Assembly (NCBI GenBank): GCA_964106645.2
Contig: OZ067049.1
Reading direction: 5' to 3' (one strand)
Length of the DNA: 64,000 nucleotides
From: Podarcis pityusensis
Taxonomy: Eukaryota
This document shows positions 49,860 to 63,486 of this stretch, piece after piece (within the stretch, counting starts at the first letter, position 1; each line of letters opens with the position of its first letter). Made by a program: the position numbers and the translations under genes. A model generated the notes under the pieces. It ran no database searches. It was given only the letters and a program-made list of their open reading frames with translations, and was not told the origin of the DNA.

Positions 49860-50483
49860 ATTCAATTTTATTATTATGGTCATAGACCAGTTCCGGCTCA
49901 CTTACAATATCAGAAAAATCATAAAACACAACAGGAATACATTGGATTACATTGGGTATAACAGAGACAATTCAGATATAGCAGCAGTTAAATATATATA
50001 TTAAATATTGATCACTAAAATATAAATTAAAATTGTCATTTTAAACCTTAATCATTTTGTTAGTACAGCTTGTTCCCTAGGTTTTATGGCAGTCGCACAG
50101 AATTTGGCCTCCCTTAGCGTGATCTTTAGATCCTTGTCCTCTACCAGGAGTTTTAGATATTGAAGTTCGGACCCATTTGGAGATTTTTGTATAACAGGAG
50201 TGATAAATACCGAACATATATCCCCGTAGGAACGGCAGCGTAACAAGACATGAGAGACAGTTTCTACCTCCATCAAGCCGCAGGGGCAGACTCGTTCCAC
50301 GTATGGTTTACCCTCAAATCTGCCCTGCAATAAGGCAGATGGCAGCATGTTGAATCTAGCGAGGGTAAATGACCGTCTGTATTTGGGTATTTGTAATTTT
50401 GACAAATAATTTGCTGGGGGCTTAATGTCATTAATGTTTGATTTTTTAATTGTATATGCAGGAGCCTGGATATAAACTACATA
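49860..50483 (-). mobile_element. RTEX-like LINE 3' fragment (C-terminal CCHC knuckle)
   Basis: RRSFTLARFNMLPSALLQGRF...ERVCPCG..EVETVSHVLLRC..Y. Clade assignment is from recall. Confidence 0.7.
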
Positions 50484-50491
50484 GCATAGGG

Positions 50492-51454
50492 CAGTGATGG
50501 CAAACCTTTTATCACAAAGTGCCAACAGGGCAATTTAACCTGAATACCGAGGTTTTTGTTTAGAAAAAAACAATTCGTACATTAACCACTTTTATCTTAA
50601 AAGAAAAACACAATAACAGAGCTGTCAATGATACAAAGCACTTTTTATTGAAAGGTCAAAGTTTGCATTTGGCATGCTTTTGAATAATTAATGTGAAGCC
50701 TCAACCTTGCAGCAGCAGGAGGAGGAAGGCGCTTGCTTGGAGCTGTTGGTGGCCCACCAATGCAGCAGCGCTCCTCTGAGCGCATGCAAAGCGCTGCCCC
50801 CCCCCCCAGTGGAGGCTTCCCAAGGGAAAACGCACGCCCTGGGGTTGTGGCTCTGTTTTGCACGCATCCAAAGCTCTTCTACTCAGACACAAGTCCCAGG
50901 ATCCACGCCCAGCCTCTGAAAACAACATGAGTGCCTGTTTGGGGATAGTGTCACGTATCCGAATGCGACCAATGCCCACCCGGCCCTTCCCTTTGTGCCT
51001 TCCTGGCTACGAAGGCGCCTTCTCAGTCTGGGCATCCCGTGCAGAGCGGCTGAGCAAAAGGAGCCCTAAAGGCACTGTAGCAGACGGACCAGTTTGGGAA
51101 TTTCAGCTCTTTATTGTCCTGCATCTGAGGGCCCACCATAATCATAATCAAAATACTAATTGCCACAATAAGTTCTGGAAGCCTCCGCGCATTTGGGTGC
51201 GATGAACCATTTGGGCCAAAGAATGGCTGCGACCCCCGTGTTGGAGAGAGTTGGCGTCCTGACAGGCATTGCATCCTGTTCTGACTGTGCAGTTTCCTGC
51301 GGCGGCCCGCCATGCACATGGCGTTCCGGCTGCTCAAGTTGAGCTGAGGACTCAATGCTTTGGCCAGCTCTGTGCTGGGGCAATGGCGCACATGCCCACA
51401 GAGAGGGCTCTGAGTGCCCCCTCTGGCACGCGTGCCATAGGTTTGCCACCACTG
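50492..51454 (-). mobile_element. Non-autonomous hAT (Charlie/OC1-like ends), 963 bp
   Basis: 16-bp TIR cagtgatggcaaacct / aggtttgccaccactg; perfect 8-bp TSD gcataggg (50484-50491 / 51455-51462). Confidence 0.9.
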
Positions 51455-52105
51455 GCATAGGGTCTCGTTATACAATCCATTTGCTTCCTGCTATTCTTTA
51501 TTTATATGAAGGCAGGTCAATATCATTCAGCTTGATTAACTAATCAGATTGAGGTTACTGCTTCTTTCTGCGGAGCTGTTTGTTTTTGTGCTAATGTAAA
51601 TGTTGACAATTTCCCAGTAGATTACATGGGATAAGCAACCACCAGTAGGATCTTACAATATTTCAAATAGACTTTAAATAATGAAACAGGTAATCTCTCG
51701 CCGTTATAATCCTGCAGCATGATAGCATACAAAAGCTGCCCTCGAGTCAAAATGAGAGATTGAAAATTTAAAGCTATCTAGGCAAATGTTTTCTATTAAT
51801 GATAACAAAATAAATGTGTTGGAAAGAGGCTTGTGTAAACATATATTTGATTGCATAGCAGCCCATGAATGCAAATATAGTTGTTTCAGAGACCTATTGG
51901 TGTCTTCCTTAAACACACTGAAATATATATGCTTTCTTTCTCAATGCACTTGCTCATTGACCTTAAATAAGTGCAATTATTTATATCCAGTTTGTATTCA
52001 TAGTAGTGCCTGAAATGCAGACTTCGATAATGTTAAGCACATTGTGTCATAGCCTCTGAGCAGACTTTCCTGATGATGATAATAATAATGTTATAATAGA
52101 TACTG

Positions 52106-52138
<33 letters not shown>

Positions 52139-52147
52139 GTTGTTGTT
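52106..52147. repeat. (GTT)n microsatellite
   Basis: Read directly from the sequence. Confidence 0.95.
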
Positions 52148-53741
52148 TTTTAAAGCTGTATGCCAAAACACCAATTTTCACATATGATGTGTTATAAGGT
52201 TTGAATGATCATTCAAAGAATCTAGAGAAAAGATAAACACGTATTTGCTCCAGATCTTCTTTGAATACACTATATCATACTGCAAATCATTCGTTTAATT
52301 ATCTTCATCATCTTTAAACCAGTGTTGGCAAAGTAAAAGAGAAAATGCAAAGCTACCCTGCAGAATTTATAGCACGATACAAACAACCTTGGCCATGCAT
52401 AGGAGCACAATAAAAGTTTGTGTCATTGCAATGCATGAGTGCAGTCAGATTTGCATGATACATGTATGTAATATTTTGATAAATGGAGACATTGAATTAT
52501 CCCAAAACATTGGACAATACCGGCCTTAGTCAGACACCCAGCTTAAACCAGTTTAGAAGCTGGAAATTAGAAAGGGGGCAGCATGTTTCTTTCTCATCGC
52601 TCTCTCCCTCGGTGCTTACATCCTAGTTTAATGAAACCCCAGTTACCTATTACATCTGAAATGAGAATTTGTGGTTCAATATCAGTTTACTAACTAGGAT
52701 CTTAAACCACAGTTTGAGGTTGGATCCTGATTGGTAAATCAACATTAAACCATAGTTTCCCATTTGGGGTGTAAAAGCTAACTGCAGTTTAAACAAACCA
52801 TAGTTTCCCATTTGGGGTGTAAAGGCAAAAAAACCAAGCATTCTGTTTCCTACAGTGGGGAACCTGATGCCTCTGGGAAGCCTACAGACAGGGCATAGAG
52901 GTAATAGCTATATAATGCTGTTGCCTTCAGGTGCTGGGCCTTCAGGTCGTTTTCTGCCTCTAAAGATAAAAGTTAAAATATTTTGAGTGAAATTCTGGAC
53001 TTTAGAAAATCTTAGCATGGATTACTAGTAAAAAGTTTAGGGTCAACTGCTCTGAATAATATTACATTCATTCTGGACATACACATGTAAAAGTTAAATA
53101 AGTTATAAGTATTTTATTACATGTATATGTAATAGTATCAAAATCCTTGAGTTAGAATTAAAATAAAACTTAAAAGTAAGATACTAAACTTTTTACCCCC
53201 TCCAGAATCAGCATCATGAAAGGCCAGGCTGTGTGTTGAAAATGGCACAGTATAGAGTTTCTAGTTACAACTCAATTTATAGTATAATGGAAGAATTTTG
53301 ATACTTGCAAGGCGGACATTTAAAACACCTGTACTTGCCAGTGTAGCTGTCATTCAAAGCAAGGGGATCTTTTGCACCTTGTGCTACAGAAATGTAATCC
53401 CGTGTGGCCTGACAAAGGTAGTTTTGTGTAGATGCTGAGAGACTGCATGCTTTCTGGGTCATTCATGTTAACATTTTGATTACAGCGATGAGTTACAGAG
53501 GATAAGCTGGAAAGGCTTACGAGGCTGCGATGTTACAATGGAATGTACTACTTTAGATGGAGAAAAGAGCTTTCATCTCAGAACCTTTGAAGCAAAAATG
53601 AATTGCATAAACAGCTGCCTCTTAAAGCAAACATTCAAACATTCATCTGCCGTCCGTCTCCTTCTAATGCCATCTTCATCTGGCTCTCTCATCTCTTTGC
53701 TGCCTTTCAAAGTTTCCTTTTGTTTTACTAGAGTCGTGAAA

Positions 53742-53923
53742 CATGGGCATTTATCTGGGATCTTGAATACCTGTGTTTTTGAGTGATCTTTTCTTTCCCT
53801 GATTTCCATTCTACGTTTTAAAATTATCTGTAGTTCATGGACGTTTATCTCAAATCTTGAATACCTATCGTTTTAAGTGATCTTTTGTTTCTCTGATTTC
53901 CATTCTACATTTAAAAATTATCT
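53742..53923. repeat. Diverged 94-bp tandem duplication
   Basis: catgg...atcttgaatacct...agtgatctttt...ctgatttccattctac...aaaattatct occurs at 53742 and 53836. Confidence 0.85.
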
Positions 53924-54558
53924 CCACAGCTCACAGAGCCCGTATGTAATGGTTTGTGCATAGGTAATAAAACAAAGAATTTAAAAGGCTGGTGAGAACT
54001 GCCCAATCACAATTAATGTGAATACTGCTTTATGATAAAAAGTTAACTCCTATTTAGTATGCAGTACCAATGTTGGGTGATTTAACCATAGTATTACCTA
54101 CCAGTTGAAAACCCAAACAGTTGTTTGGTGTTATGTCTAAATCTTTGCTATCTTATGAAACATAACTGGCAGGTGACTGCCAAACCAGGATTTTAAACTA
54201 CGGTTTGAAGCTGGTTTGCAAACCATAGTTTATGCTAACTGTAGTTTGCTCCTATGGTTTCTCTTAAGAGGTTGCTGCATCCTGGAGACAAACTTACATA
54301 AACGTGTGAAGTTGAGTGCCGAGAAGCTAGGCAGCTCTAAGCCACAATTCCCCTTCCATACATCTAGAAGCTCAAAACATTGGGGGGCTTGGTTTGAGTA
54401 TGAATTGAGTATAGAAAGAACTATCCAGTTTTACGTTCTGCTCAAATGTGATTTTGAAGTGATCATCGCTTACAACTTTCTGTGTGTTTTACTAATGATG
54501 CATCGTTTCTCAGCTTCTGTGCCTGAAAATATTTTAGAAAGTATCTACCCTATTAAAT

Positions 54559-54908
54559 GGGACATGGGTGGTGCTGTGGGTTAAACCACAGAGCCTAGGA
54601 CTTGCCGATCAGCAGGTCGGCGGTTCGAATCGCTGCAACGGGGTGAGCTCCCGTTGCTCAGTCCCTGCTCCTACCAACCTAGCAGTTCGAAAGCACGTCT
54701 AAGTGCAAGTAGATAAATAGATACCGCTCCGGCAGGAAGGTAAATGGTGTTTCCGTGCGCTGCTCTGGTTCGCCAGAAGCGGCTTAGTCATGCTGGCCAC
54801 ATGACCCGGAAGCTGTACGCCGGCTCCCTTGGCCAATAAAGCGAGATGAGCACCGCAACCCCAGAGTCGGCCACGACTGGACCTAATGGTCAGGGGTCCC
54901 TTTACCTT
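54559..54908 (+). mobile_element. Full-length Sauria SINE
   Basis: tRNA-like head (A box ggtggtgctgtgg, B box ggttcgaatc), (ACCTTT) tail; 13-bp TSD taccctattaaat / taccctatcaaat. Confidence 0.94.
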
Positions 54909-57900
54909 TACCCTATCAAATAAAACTGGATCTGTAACCTTTCTCTCTGCTTAGGGAACTGCAGTTGCGATAGGCTCTGAATTTCTTCGGCTACCCTCAT
55001 CAAGCTATAGTAGTGGCAGTAGTAGTACTTAATAATAATAATAATAAATTCGTACCCTGCCCATCTGAGTGGGTTGCTACAGTACAAGTTTATTTTTGCA
55101 TGGGGAGGAATATGACAAATGATGATACAACTAATATGTTTGCATTGAAGATTGACCTCCCTTTTTTGTGAATCTACAAAAGTTGATTAGTATAAACATG
55201 AACCAGTTTCAATTGCCACCGAGTTCTAGTGGCTACAGGGTCATGAGTGTTATTTTGCTCATGTCCCACTCCCCTAACCATCTAGTTGGCCCTTGTGAGA
55301 ACAGGCTGCTGGACTTGAATGGCCTTTGATTTGATTCAATACAGCTCTTCTTATATTCTTAATATGTTCTTATGTCATCAGTTTTTTGGAAGCATTTTTT
55401 TCAGTAATATATTAATAGGAACAAAGTCAACATTTGGGTGTCTTTTGATCCTCTGATTACCCTTCCAGGGGGAAATCTTGTTGAAAATGCCTTTTATTTA
55501 AACCCCCCAACCCGAACTTTCCCACCTAACTACAATTTTGCAGTTCCTCGCTTTTGTGTTTGCTTTAATGCTAATGCTGTTGTCATATGCAATTTATTTG
55601 CAAGCTCATGTTTGCAGCAAATCAATCAGCAAAGCCATCCTTATTAATAAAGGATCTTCCATAGAACCCCAACATTGATTTCTCCATCGCTGCCTCTTAT
55701 TAAAAAGTTCCCTGGTGTGAGAAAGATGCTAACTAGAAACTAATATACATTGTAATATCTCATACATTTTCTTGTTCAGACAAGGGAAGGTTGGCAAATG
55801 TTTTGCTCAAAGGATTTACCTGCTGTTATGATAAAATAAAAGCACGTTATCCCAGTTCTTGCTTCTGCTGACAGATCTTTTAAGGCCTTTGTATTTGTCC
55901 CTTTTTGTTAGTTAGCTTTTTTAAAAATCTCAAAGCTTATTTATTATACCTTGCTGTTCTGTTCTGTGGTTGCTGGGGTTTTTAAAATGAGTGACAGGTG
56001 CTTATCAGCTCCCAGAAATTGACATGTCAAAAGACCTAGTAGATGCAACAAGAATACTAATGAAATTATTTTAATAATAGGTTGAGTTGCGCTCCAGTGA
56101 GCAGTATGATGGAAGTAGAATTATAGTGCTCAGTGAAATTCTGTTGGCTTATAGGACTGCAAATTTTGTTGGTTCGCTTACAGCAGAATCCTTTGCACAT
56201 TTACTCAGAAGTAAGCTTCGGGGTGTTAAGTAGCATTTAAATCCTGGGTAAATGTACATAGGATTGTAGCGCCTGCAACTGGAACGTAAGTACTATTGGA
56301 AAACCTTCTAACATAAAACAGAATTTCAGTCAAGGATGAATTCACTGTTTCCTTCTTGGTGTTGTTGTTGTTTTTTTAAAGAAAAGAAAGAGCCCGTTAA
56401 AGCAGTAAATGTAAGAAAAAGGCACTTCCAAGGATTGCATTGAATACATAACTTTTTGACGAGTATACTGGGGAAATGGCCATTTCAATTAGTTTCTGAA
56501 CTGTTGGCATTATTCTGGAGCACCTACATTGACTGTCATATACTATTGCATGACAGACTATGCTAGGCTAAAATGACTGAAATTTACACAACTATACACT
56601 GGAGAAAGTAAGTTCAAAACAAAATAAATTTCTACATTATGTGTAATTGTGCATTTCACTATATAAAATAATTTAGACATACGCAAGATTTGATTGTGAG
56701 TTGCTTTCGTATTTAGAACAACAGATTGCGTGAGATTTTAAATGTTTTACAACTAAGCTGTACCCCCAATTATCATCAGGGAAATGCAATTCTTACTGTG
56801 TCATTGAACATAACTGAACGACAATCTCTTAAACCTCTAGCTTCTAAAAGTGCAACAGAAAGGGTAGCACATTTTCCATGTAATCATTTCGATTAAGAAT
56901 AGGTTGCTTCTGTCTTAAGTCTCTAGTCGAACTTTGGACTGATTCAAGCATGGCAGGAACCATGTGGACATGCTGGCTCCTAGAGAGAAGAGAGCTTAAC
57001 CACAATCCCTCATTCAGATGAAACATTAAGTCAAACCTTAGCTTAGCTGCCACATAGCCTTGAACTAAACAGAGTGAGGAGGAGCAAGCAAATTCACTTA
57101 AGTCTTCCCCACCCCTGAGACCGGTGATTTGACTTAGTGTTACATGCAGACACGACCATTGTGTCCCTGGAGCTGCAGGCCCTGTACTCATGAAATCCCT
57201 TTTAAAAATTGCACTGTGGGGGGAAAAAGATGCTGTATAGATATGGTGACAATGTCTGGAGAGTGTGGACTTAATTTTTTTTCCTGCCAGGATTAGTCTC
57301 AACTGTGAATGTGGTTTAACCTTTCCCCAAAGGGCTGTGTGTGTGTGTTAAAGTCAACACACTTTGGTGGCCATTCACACTCATGGATTTCATGTTTTGT
57401 TGTTTAACTTCTGGAGTGTTATAATTGGGTATATTCTGTGATAATTGAATTTCCCCAATAATGAAAATTTCTGGTTAATGGTGCCGGGGATTGCAACATT
57501 CCAGCAACAGACCTGAGGGGAATACTCCGGCTCTCCTGCAGTAAATGAGAAATAACTTGTTAACAAGGAAGAACCAGATGCAGTTATTGTCTGTGTCAGA
57601 CTCTGTTCCCCGACGCTTCCTTTCGGATCATACTAAGGACTTTCATGCAGTCAAAAAACCTGGTGTGTTATAGCTCACCCCTACAGCAGTTCACGGTCGG
57701 CCTTCGAATGCTCTTGTACTGCTGTTATCTTTCTTCAAGGAAAGCTGGGTCCCTGTGGAGACTTTTTAGGTTTCTAGTGGAAGGGGCGAAATAACAGAAC
57801 CAAAAATGGCAAGAGGGCGGAGGAACGAGCACCTTGTTAAACGGCTGAGTTCAGCCTTGCACATGGTGACAGGATGGTATTCGCGTCATGTAGCTTAGGT

Positions 57901-58478
57901 TGAATATTTATGAAATATCCAAGGCAGGCGCACCAATTGAGTTAAACCCATTAACAGTGAATCTCACAAGAATCCCTGTAGCTTCTCATCACTCAATATC
58001 AGGCATTAAGATTGAATTCAGGCATCACCATACAAGATTACAGTCTCCGTAGAACCAGCACCGGACAGCAGAAATGGGCAGCTCATCATCAGGCATAGAA
58101 TTCTTCTACTCCAAATAATTGCCTATTTGCTGTGCATTCCTGCTCCATTCCTTACACTTAGACCCTCCTGCACATCTAGTTAGAACTTGCAGAATTAATA
58201 TTGGGTTTCCTGTCACCTCACTCATTACTTTTGTCAGGGGAATTCAAGGAGCGAAGTCAAAAACCTGTTTTTAAGAGGCTATCTCTTAAAGTCTTTCCCC
58301 CATTCTTTTTCTTTAAATAGAAACCTGTCTGTTAGCATGTCAGGTTATTTCTTTCTGCTATACAGGGAAGGACATCTGAATAAATTGCAATTCCACAGAG
58401 CTGGCATTGTTGATAGATCACTATAAGTTCTCCAGCCAGAGACACACCTTTTGTAGAAATGCAAAAGGTTTTAGAAAG

Positions 58479-58479
<1 letters not shown>

Positions 58480-58516
<37 letters not shown>
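58480..58516. repeat. (GT)n microsatellite
   Basis: Read directly from the sequence. Confidence 0.95.
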
Positions 58517-58519
<3 letters not shown>

Positions 58520-59204
58520 TTGCAAACCACATTAAATGAAACAATGTTCTCAATGTCTGGTGAAATCTACCTGTCAAGGGTTTGAACTACGGCAACGAAA
58601 GCCTAGAGCAGAGAAATGTAGTGTAAATAAACAGTTGCATAATTGTGTTCATTGTAAAACTTTTTTCCTTGCGAATCACTCCAGAGCTGCAAAAGAGGGT
58701 CATGTTATGAGCTAAGAATGTGCTGGAAAAGTGCACTTGCTTGTTTCCCCCCAATAAACGCTTTTTTAAATTATCATAATTTAAACTTCAAGCGTTCTAA
58801 TAACTGAACTAACACAGCTATTTTGTTGTTCTGATGATTCAGTTCGTCTAGAGAGAGCCATACTTGCTCCTCATAGGCCTTGGTTTAGGTAAGAAACCAT
58901 GATGGCTTATCAGAAAATATGCTGATGCACCGCTAGGGTTTTGTGCTGTTTCCCCACTCACTTGCTTTATTGAGGCTGCATTATTTGCTTTCTTTTACTG
59001 CACAATTTACTACGTTGAAGATCAGGCTATCAACAGTCTGTTCAGACACCACAAAAAGCGAGGGTACACATCTTGGGCCCTACGTACATAGCTTCAGTTA
59101 TTTACATAGAAGTGTCTACAAACAGAGGTGGAACATCTGTGTGTATGTAGGAGAGCTAGGGAAAAAATGTGGAGAAGTCTACATCACAGACTTTCTTTAA
59201 TGAA

Positions 59205-59521
59205 TGTGAATTGTGGAATGCTCTCCCTGGGGAAACTCTCCTGGCGCCTTCATTACATATCTTTAGGGGACAGGCGAAAATGTTTCTCTTTAACCAGGCC
59301 TTTGGCTGATTAGCATCCTATGGCCTTTAAAGTATGTCCGTGGAAGGGGATTTATTCGTTTGGTTTGGTTTTATCATGCATTTTGCGTTCTCATTTTGTA
59401 TTTTTATGTTGTGAACCACCCTATGATCTTCGAATGAAGGGCAGTATACAAATTTTAAATAGATAGATGATAGATAGATAGATAGATAGGTGATAGATAG
59501 ATAGATAGATAGATAGATAGA
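59205..59521 (+). mobile_element. L2 3' end with (GATA)n tail
   Basis: ttgtggaatgctctccc...caggcgaaaa...caggcctttgg...gtgaaccaccctatgatctt...gggcagtatacaaat followed by (agat)n. Confidence 0.8.
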
Positions 59522-60533
59522 CAGACTATGTGCTCCTTTCATTCCTTCCTCATTTTATATTAGATTTCATAAGCTTTGTCTAACGCCTACCTATACAAAT
59601 ACTGAAACACTGGTGAAAAATGCCCCAAGCAGTCTTAGTTAGCAAGAAAAAAATAAAGCAATTGCAAATATGGAGAAGGGGGGCTGTTTATTGACTAAGA
59701 TGTTTGCCAAGATTTGCCTTGATTTCTATGGGAAATGAAAACAGATGTGTGTTGGGTGGGGAGGGGAGTTTTTCATCTTACCCATGCTAGTTTCTGTAAT
59801 GCTAGACAGAAAGGAAATAAATGTGACAATGTTATTGTTTATAGAAATGCTTTCTTTAAATGGATCTTTTAAATAGCCCATAATAGGAAAATCAAAAGTA
59901 ATTTCTTGTGTCAGTTCAAGCATTAGCAGTTCATGTTCTACATGATACCTGATAGGATAATAGTAATGTCTAAAGTGATCAATATCAAAAGCTATTAACT
60001 GAGAAAATAGATTTAAGATAAAAAAAAAAGAGTGATGTATTTCTTGTGGCATAAAAGCTTGCATTTTCAAGGTCCACCCCCCCCCCCCCATTCAGGGGAA
60101 CATTAAAGACATTGCTGAGAGGTGGAATAGCTGACCACAAGGGCTTGTAGGTCACCTCTTACTAGAGACTTATTTTACTTCCATTAGAGGCGAACTAGAA
60201 AGCAACACAGGCCATTGGTATATGATCTTCTGCAGTAAATTAAAGTACATGAAATCATTTAAATTTGGCTGGTACATTTGATGAAAGCTGACTTTGTTTC
60301 TGTTCCGTAATAGCATAATGGTAAAATAACATGGCATCATTTTTCATTCAAATAAGATGGTATGACTTTGCTAAAAGAGGTCAAAAGAACCGTTGTTTTG
60401 CTTTTAAGAAGCTGTAATACTGAACCTGGCTAATCTAATTTTCCACTGGAGTCAGTGAAACACCTCTGGAATATATAGTTTCAGGACAATTTTTTCATGA
60501 AACCTACAATCAATAGAGTTTATATTCTGACTT

Positions 60534-60626
60534 TAAGGCTGGGCGATATATCATCCAAAACTGGTTTGAAGTCCATATCATGATATGTTTCAAAAATTTT
60601 GACAGGGGAATATATCACGAGTCTTG

Positions 60627-60661
<35 letters not shown>

Positions 60662-60944
60662 GCAAAAACCAGTGTGGGGAAAACCATGAAGCCGGCCAAT
60701 GCTTGGCTCGATTCCTGCAGTCCTTGTTACCTCTGCTGGCTCAGCTATCTGCTGCCTCCTGCACGGGGCAGCAAATCACAAAATGCAGGCACCAGCAAAA
60801 ATCATGATGCAGGAATATCTGTGAAGCCAGCCAATGCCTCTACATAGCTCCATCCTTTTTTCAGACATCGTGATACATCAGTAAACCGTGGTGTTTAGCT
60901 GGTGATATGTCGCGATGTTGAAAAGTAGATATCGCCCAGCGCTA
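60534..60944. mobile_element. hAT-type MITE (TAGGGCTGGGCGATAT-like ends) containing (GT)n
   Basis: taaggctgggcgatat / atatcgcccagcgcta; degenerate 8-bp TSD tctgactt / gctgacat. Confidence 0.7.
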
Positions 60945-61113
60945 GCTGACATCTTGCTGCTAGTTAAGAACACGGACTTCCCATTGAATTTGGTGAGATT
61001 TGGGGATACTCTTCCAGGCACAAGGTTGTAACTCTAGATCCTCAGGACAACACCGCTGAAACACGGTGACCTCTTGGATGTAGATACTCTCACACCCACT
61101 TTCATACCCTGTA

Positions 61114-61335
61114 CAGTGGTACTTTGGGTTAAGAACTTAATTCGTTCTGGAGGTCTGTTCTTAACCTGAAGTACCACTTTAGCTAATGGGGCCTCCCGCT
61201 GTCGCTGTGCCGCCATGCGATTTCTGTTCTCATCCTGAAGTAAAGTTCTTAACCCGAGGTACTATTTCTGGGTTAGTGGAGTCTGTAACCTGAAGCATTT
61301 GTAACCTGAAGCGTCTGTAACCCGAGGTACCACTG
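61114..61335. mobile_element. pogo/Tigger-type MITE
   Basis: cagtggtac / gtaccactg; TA TSD; homologous to 25132-25362. Confidence 0.9.
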
Positions 61336-62325
61336 TATTAGGACACAAGAACAACCTCCGGGCATCATCTCTGCCATCATCTCTCCTGACACAATATGCT
61401 AGCTTCATCCCTGTTGCCGCCAAGATACTAGGAAGAGATTCTCAGGGGGGCAGTCTGACGAGCAAGGGCAGGCCTCAAATGTCTAGATGGCTGAAGGCTG
61501 CGTGAAATTAGGCCCAGGGACTGAGGTTCCTCACCCCAGTTGCAGAGACAGGACAGTCTGTAAACTCTCAGAGGTCCCCTCAAAATCATTTCTGCCATAC
61601 TTGCAAAAGTGCTTCATTGCAATTTTGGTTCTGAGGTATCTCATTTTTCTCCAGCAGCAATTCATACTGGGGAAGGGACTTATTTCTATCACAATTGTCC
61701 AGTTCTACCCTTTGATCCACCTCCAACATTTGTCTCTGTTATCTTTTCCTGTGTCTGCAGATTTTTTTTGGGGGGGGGGACACTTTTAACGAAGTTGGAC
61801 ATAACTGGCTTATAAAATGCTCTCCTGTGCTGATCTTCTGTTGTATTGTATCCATCTTTATTGATACCTATCTTTCCAAATGTCATAAATTATTTTGAGA
61901 GATTGATACCCGTATCTAAATGTATCTAAATTTTAAAGCGTTTAAGTATTTAAATGCTTAAAATGAATTAATAAATGAATAAGAAAAAATACGGTAAGAT
62001 TTTGTATCTCAGATAGCTTTTAAGTAAAATACCAAATTAGTGACTTGGGTCACAAGGATATACGTTAGGTATAAACAGCACACATATTAAGAATGTAATA
62101 GAATATTTAACTCTGTAATTTTTAAAGCTATAGTCTTTCATGGGGCTGATGCCACACTCAGTGATACAGCATCTTGAACATAACCACTTGGAGGAAGTAA
62201 CACTGACCTCAATGCAACATGCTCCCCAAAGAAATATGCGCAGGTTTGCAGTCTTGGAATGATAAAAGATTGTTATACTTCTGGAGTCTTTACTAAATCA
62301 GTGCTGGAGTCTTTACTAAATCAGT

Positions 62326-63486
62326 GCTGGGGGCACTGTCATACAGTGGTTCCGCTCCCTCCTCCTGGGCCGTGTTCAGAAAGTGGTAGTGGGGGATGAG
62401 TGTTCAGACCCCTGGGCTCTCACTTGTGGGGTGCCTCAGGGTTCTGTCCTCTCCCCCATGCTTTTCAACATTTACATGCAGCCGCTGGGAGAGATCATCA
62501 GGAGGTTTGGGCTGGGTGTTCATCGGTATGCAGATGATACCCAGCTCTACCTCTCTTTTAAATCAGAACCAGTGAAGGCGGTGAAGGTCCTGTGTGAGTG
62601 TCTGGAGGCGGTTGGAGGATGGATGGCGGCTAACAGATTGAAGTTGAATCCTGACAAGACAGAAGTACTGTTTTTGGGGGACAGGAGGCGGGCAGGTGTG
62701 GAGGATTCCCTGGTCCTGAATGGGGTAACTGTGCCCCTGAAGGACCAGGTGCACAGCCTGGGAGTCATTTTGGACTCACAGCTGTCCATGGAGGCACAGG
62801 TCAAATCTGTGTCCAGGGCAGCTGTTTACCAGCTCCATCTGGTATGTAGGCTGAGACCCTATCTGCCTGCGGACTGTCTCGCCAGAGTGGTGCATGCTCT
62901 GGTTATCTCCCGCTTGGACTACTGCAATACGCTCTACGTGGGGCTACCTTTGAAGGTGACTCAGAAACTACAACTAATCCAGAATGCGGCAGCTAGACTG
63001 GTGACTGGGGGCGGCCGCCGAGACCATATAACACCGGTCTTGAAAGACCTACATTGGCTCCCAGTACGTTTCCGAGCACAATTCAAAGTGTTGGTGCTGA
63101 CCTTTAAAGCCCTAAACGGCCTCGGTCCAGTATACCTGAAGTAGCGTCTCCACCCCCATCGTTCTGCCCGGACACTGAGGTCCAGCACCGAGGGCCTTCT
63201 GGCGGTTCCCTCATTGCGAGAAGCAAAGCTACAGGGAACCAAGCAGAGGGCCTTCTCGGTAGTGGCGTCCGCCCTGTGGAACGCCCTTCCAGCAGATGTC
63301 AAAGCGATAAACAACTACCTGACATTCAAAAGACATCTTAAGGCAGCCCTGTTCAGGGAAGTTTTTAACGTGTGATATTTTAGTGTATTTTTGGTTTCTA
63401 TGGAAGCCGCCCAGAGTGGCTGGGAAGGCCCAGCCAGATGGGCGGGGTATAAATAATAAATTATTATTATTATTATTATTATTATT
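62326..63486 (+). mobile_element. Young 5'-truncated L2 LINE with reverse-transcriptase ORF fragment
   Basis: 253-aa ORF with GVPQGSVLSP, YADDTQLY, LKLNPDKTE and ALVISRLDYCN; premature TAG at 63142-63144; (ATT)n tail. Confidence 0.95.

Noticed and set aside
50052-50525. 157-aa zinc-finger-like ORF as a host gene
   Set aside because: It is a LINE C-terminal CCHC region, and its N-terminus comes from the adjacent hAT TIR.
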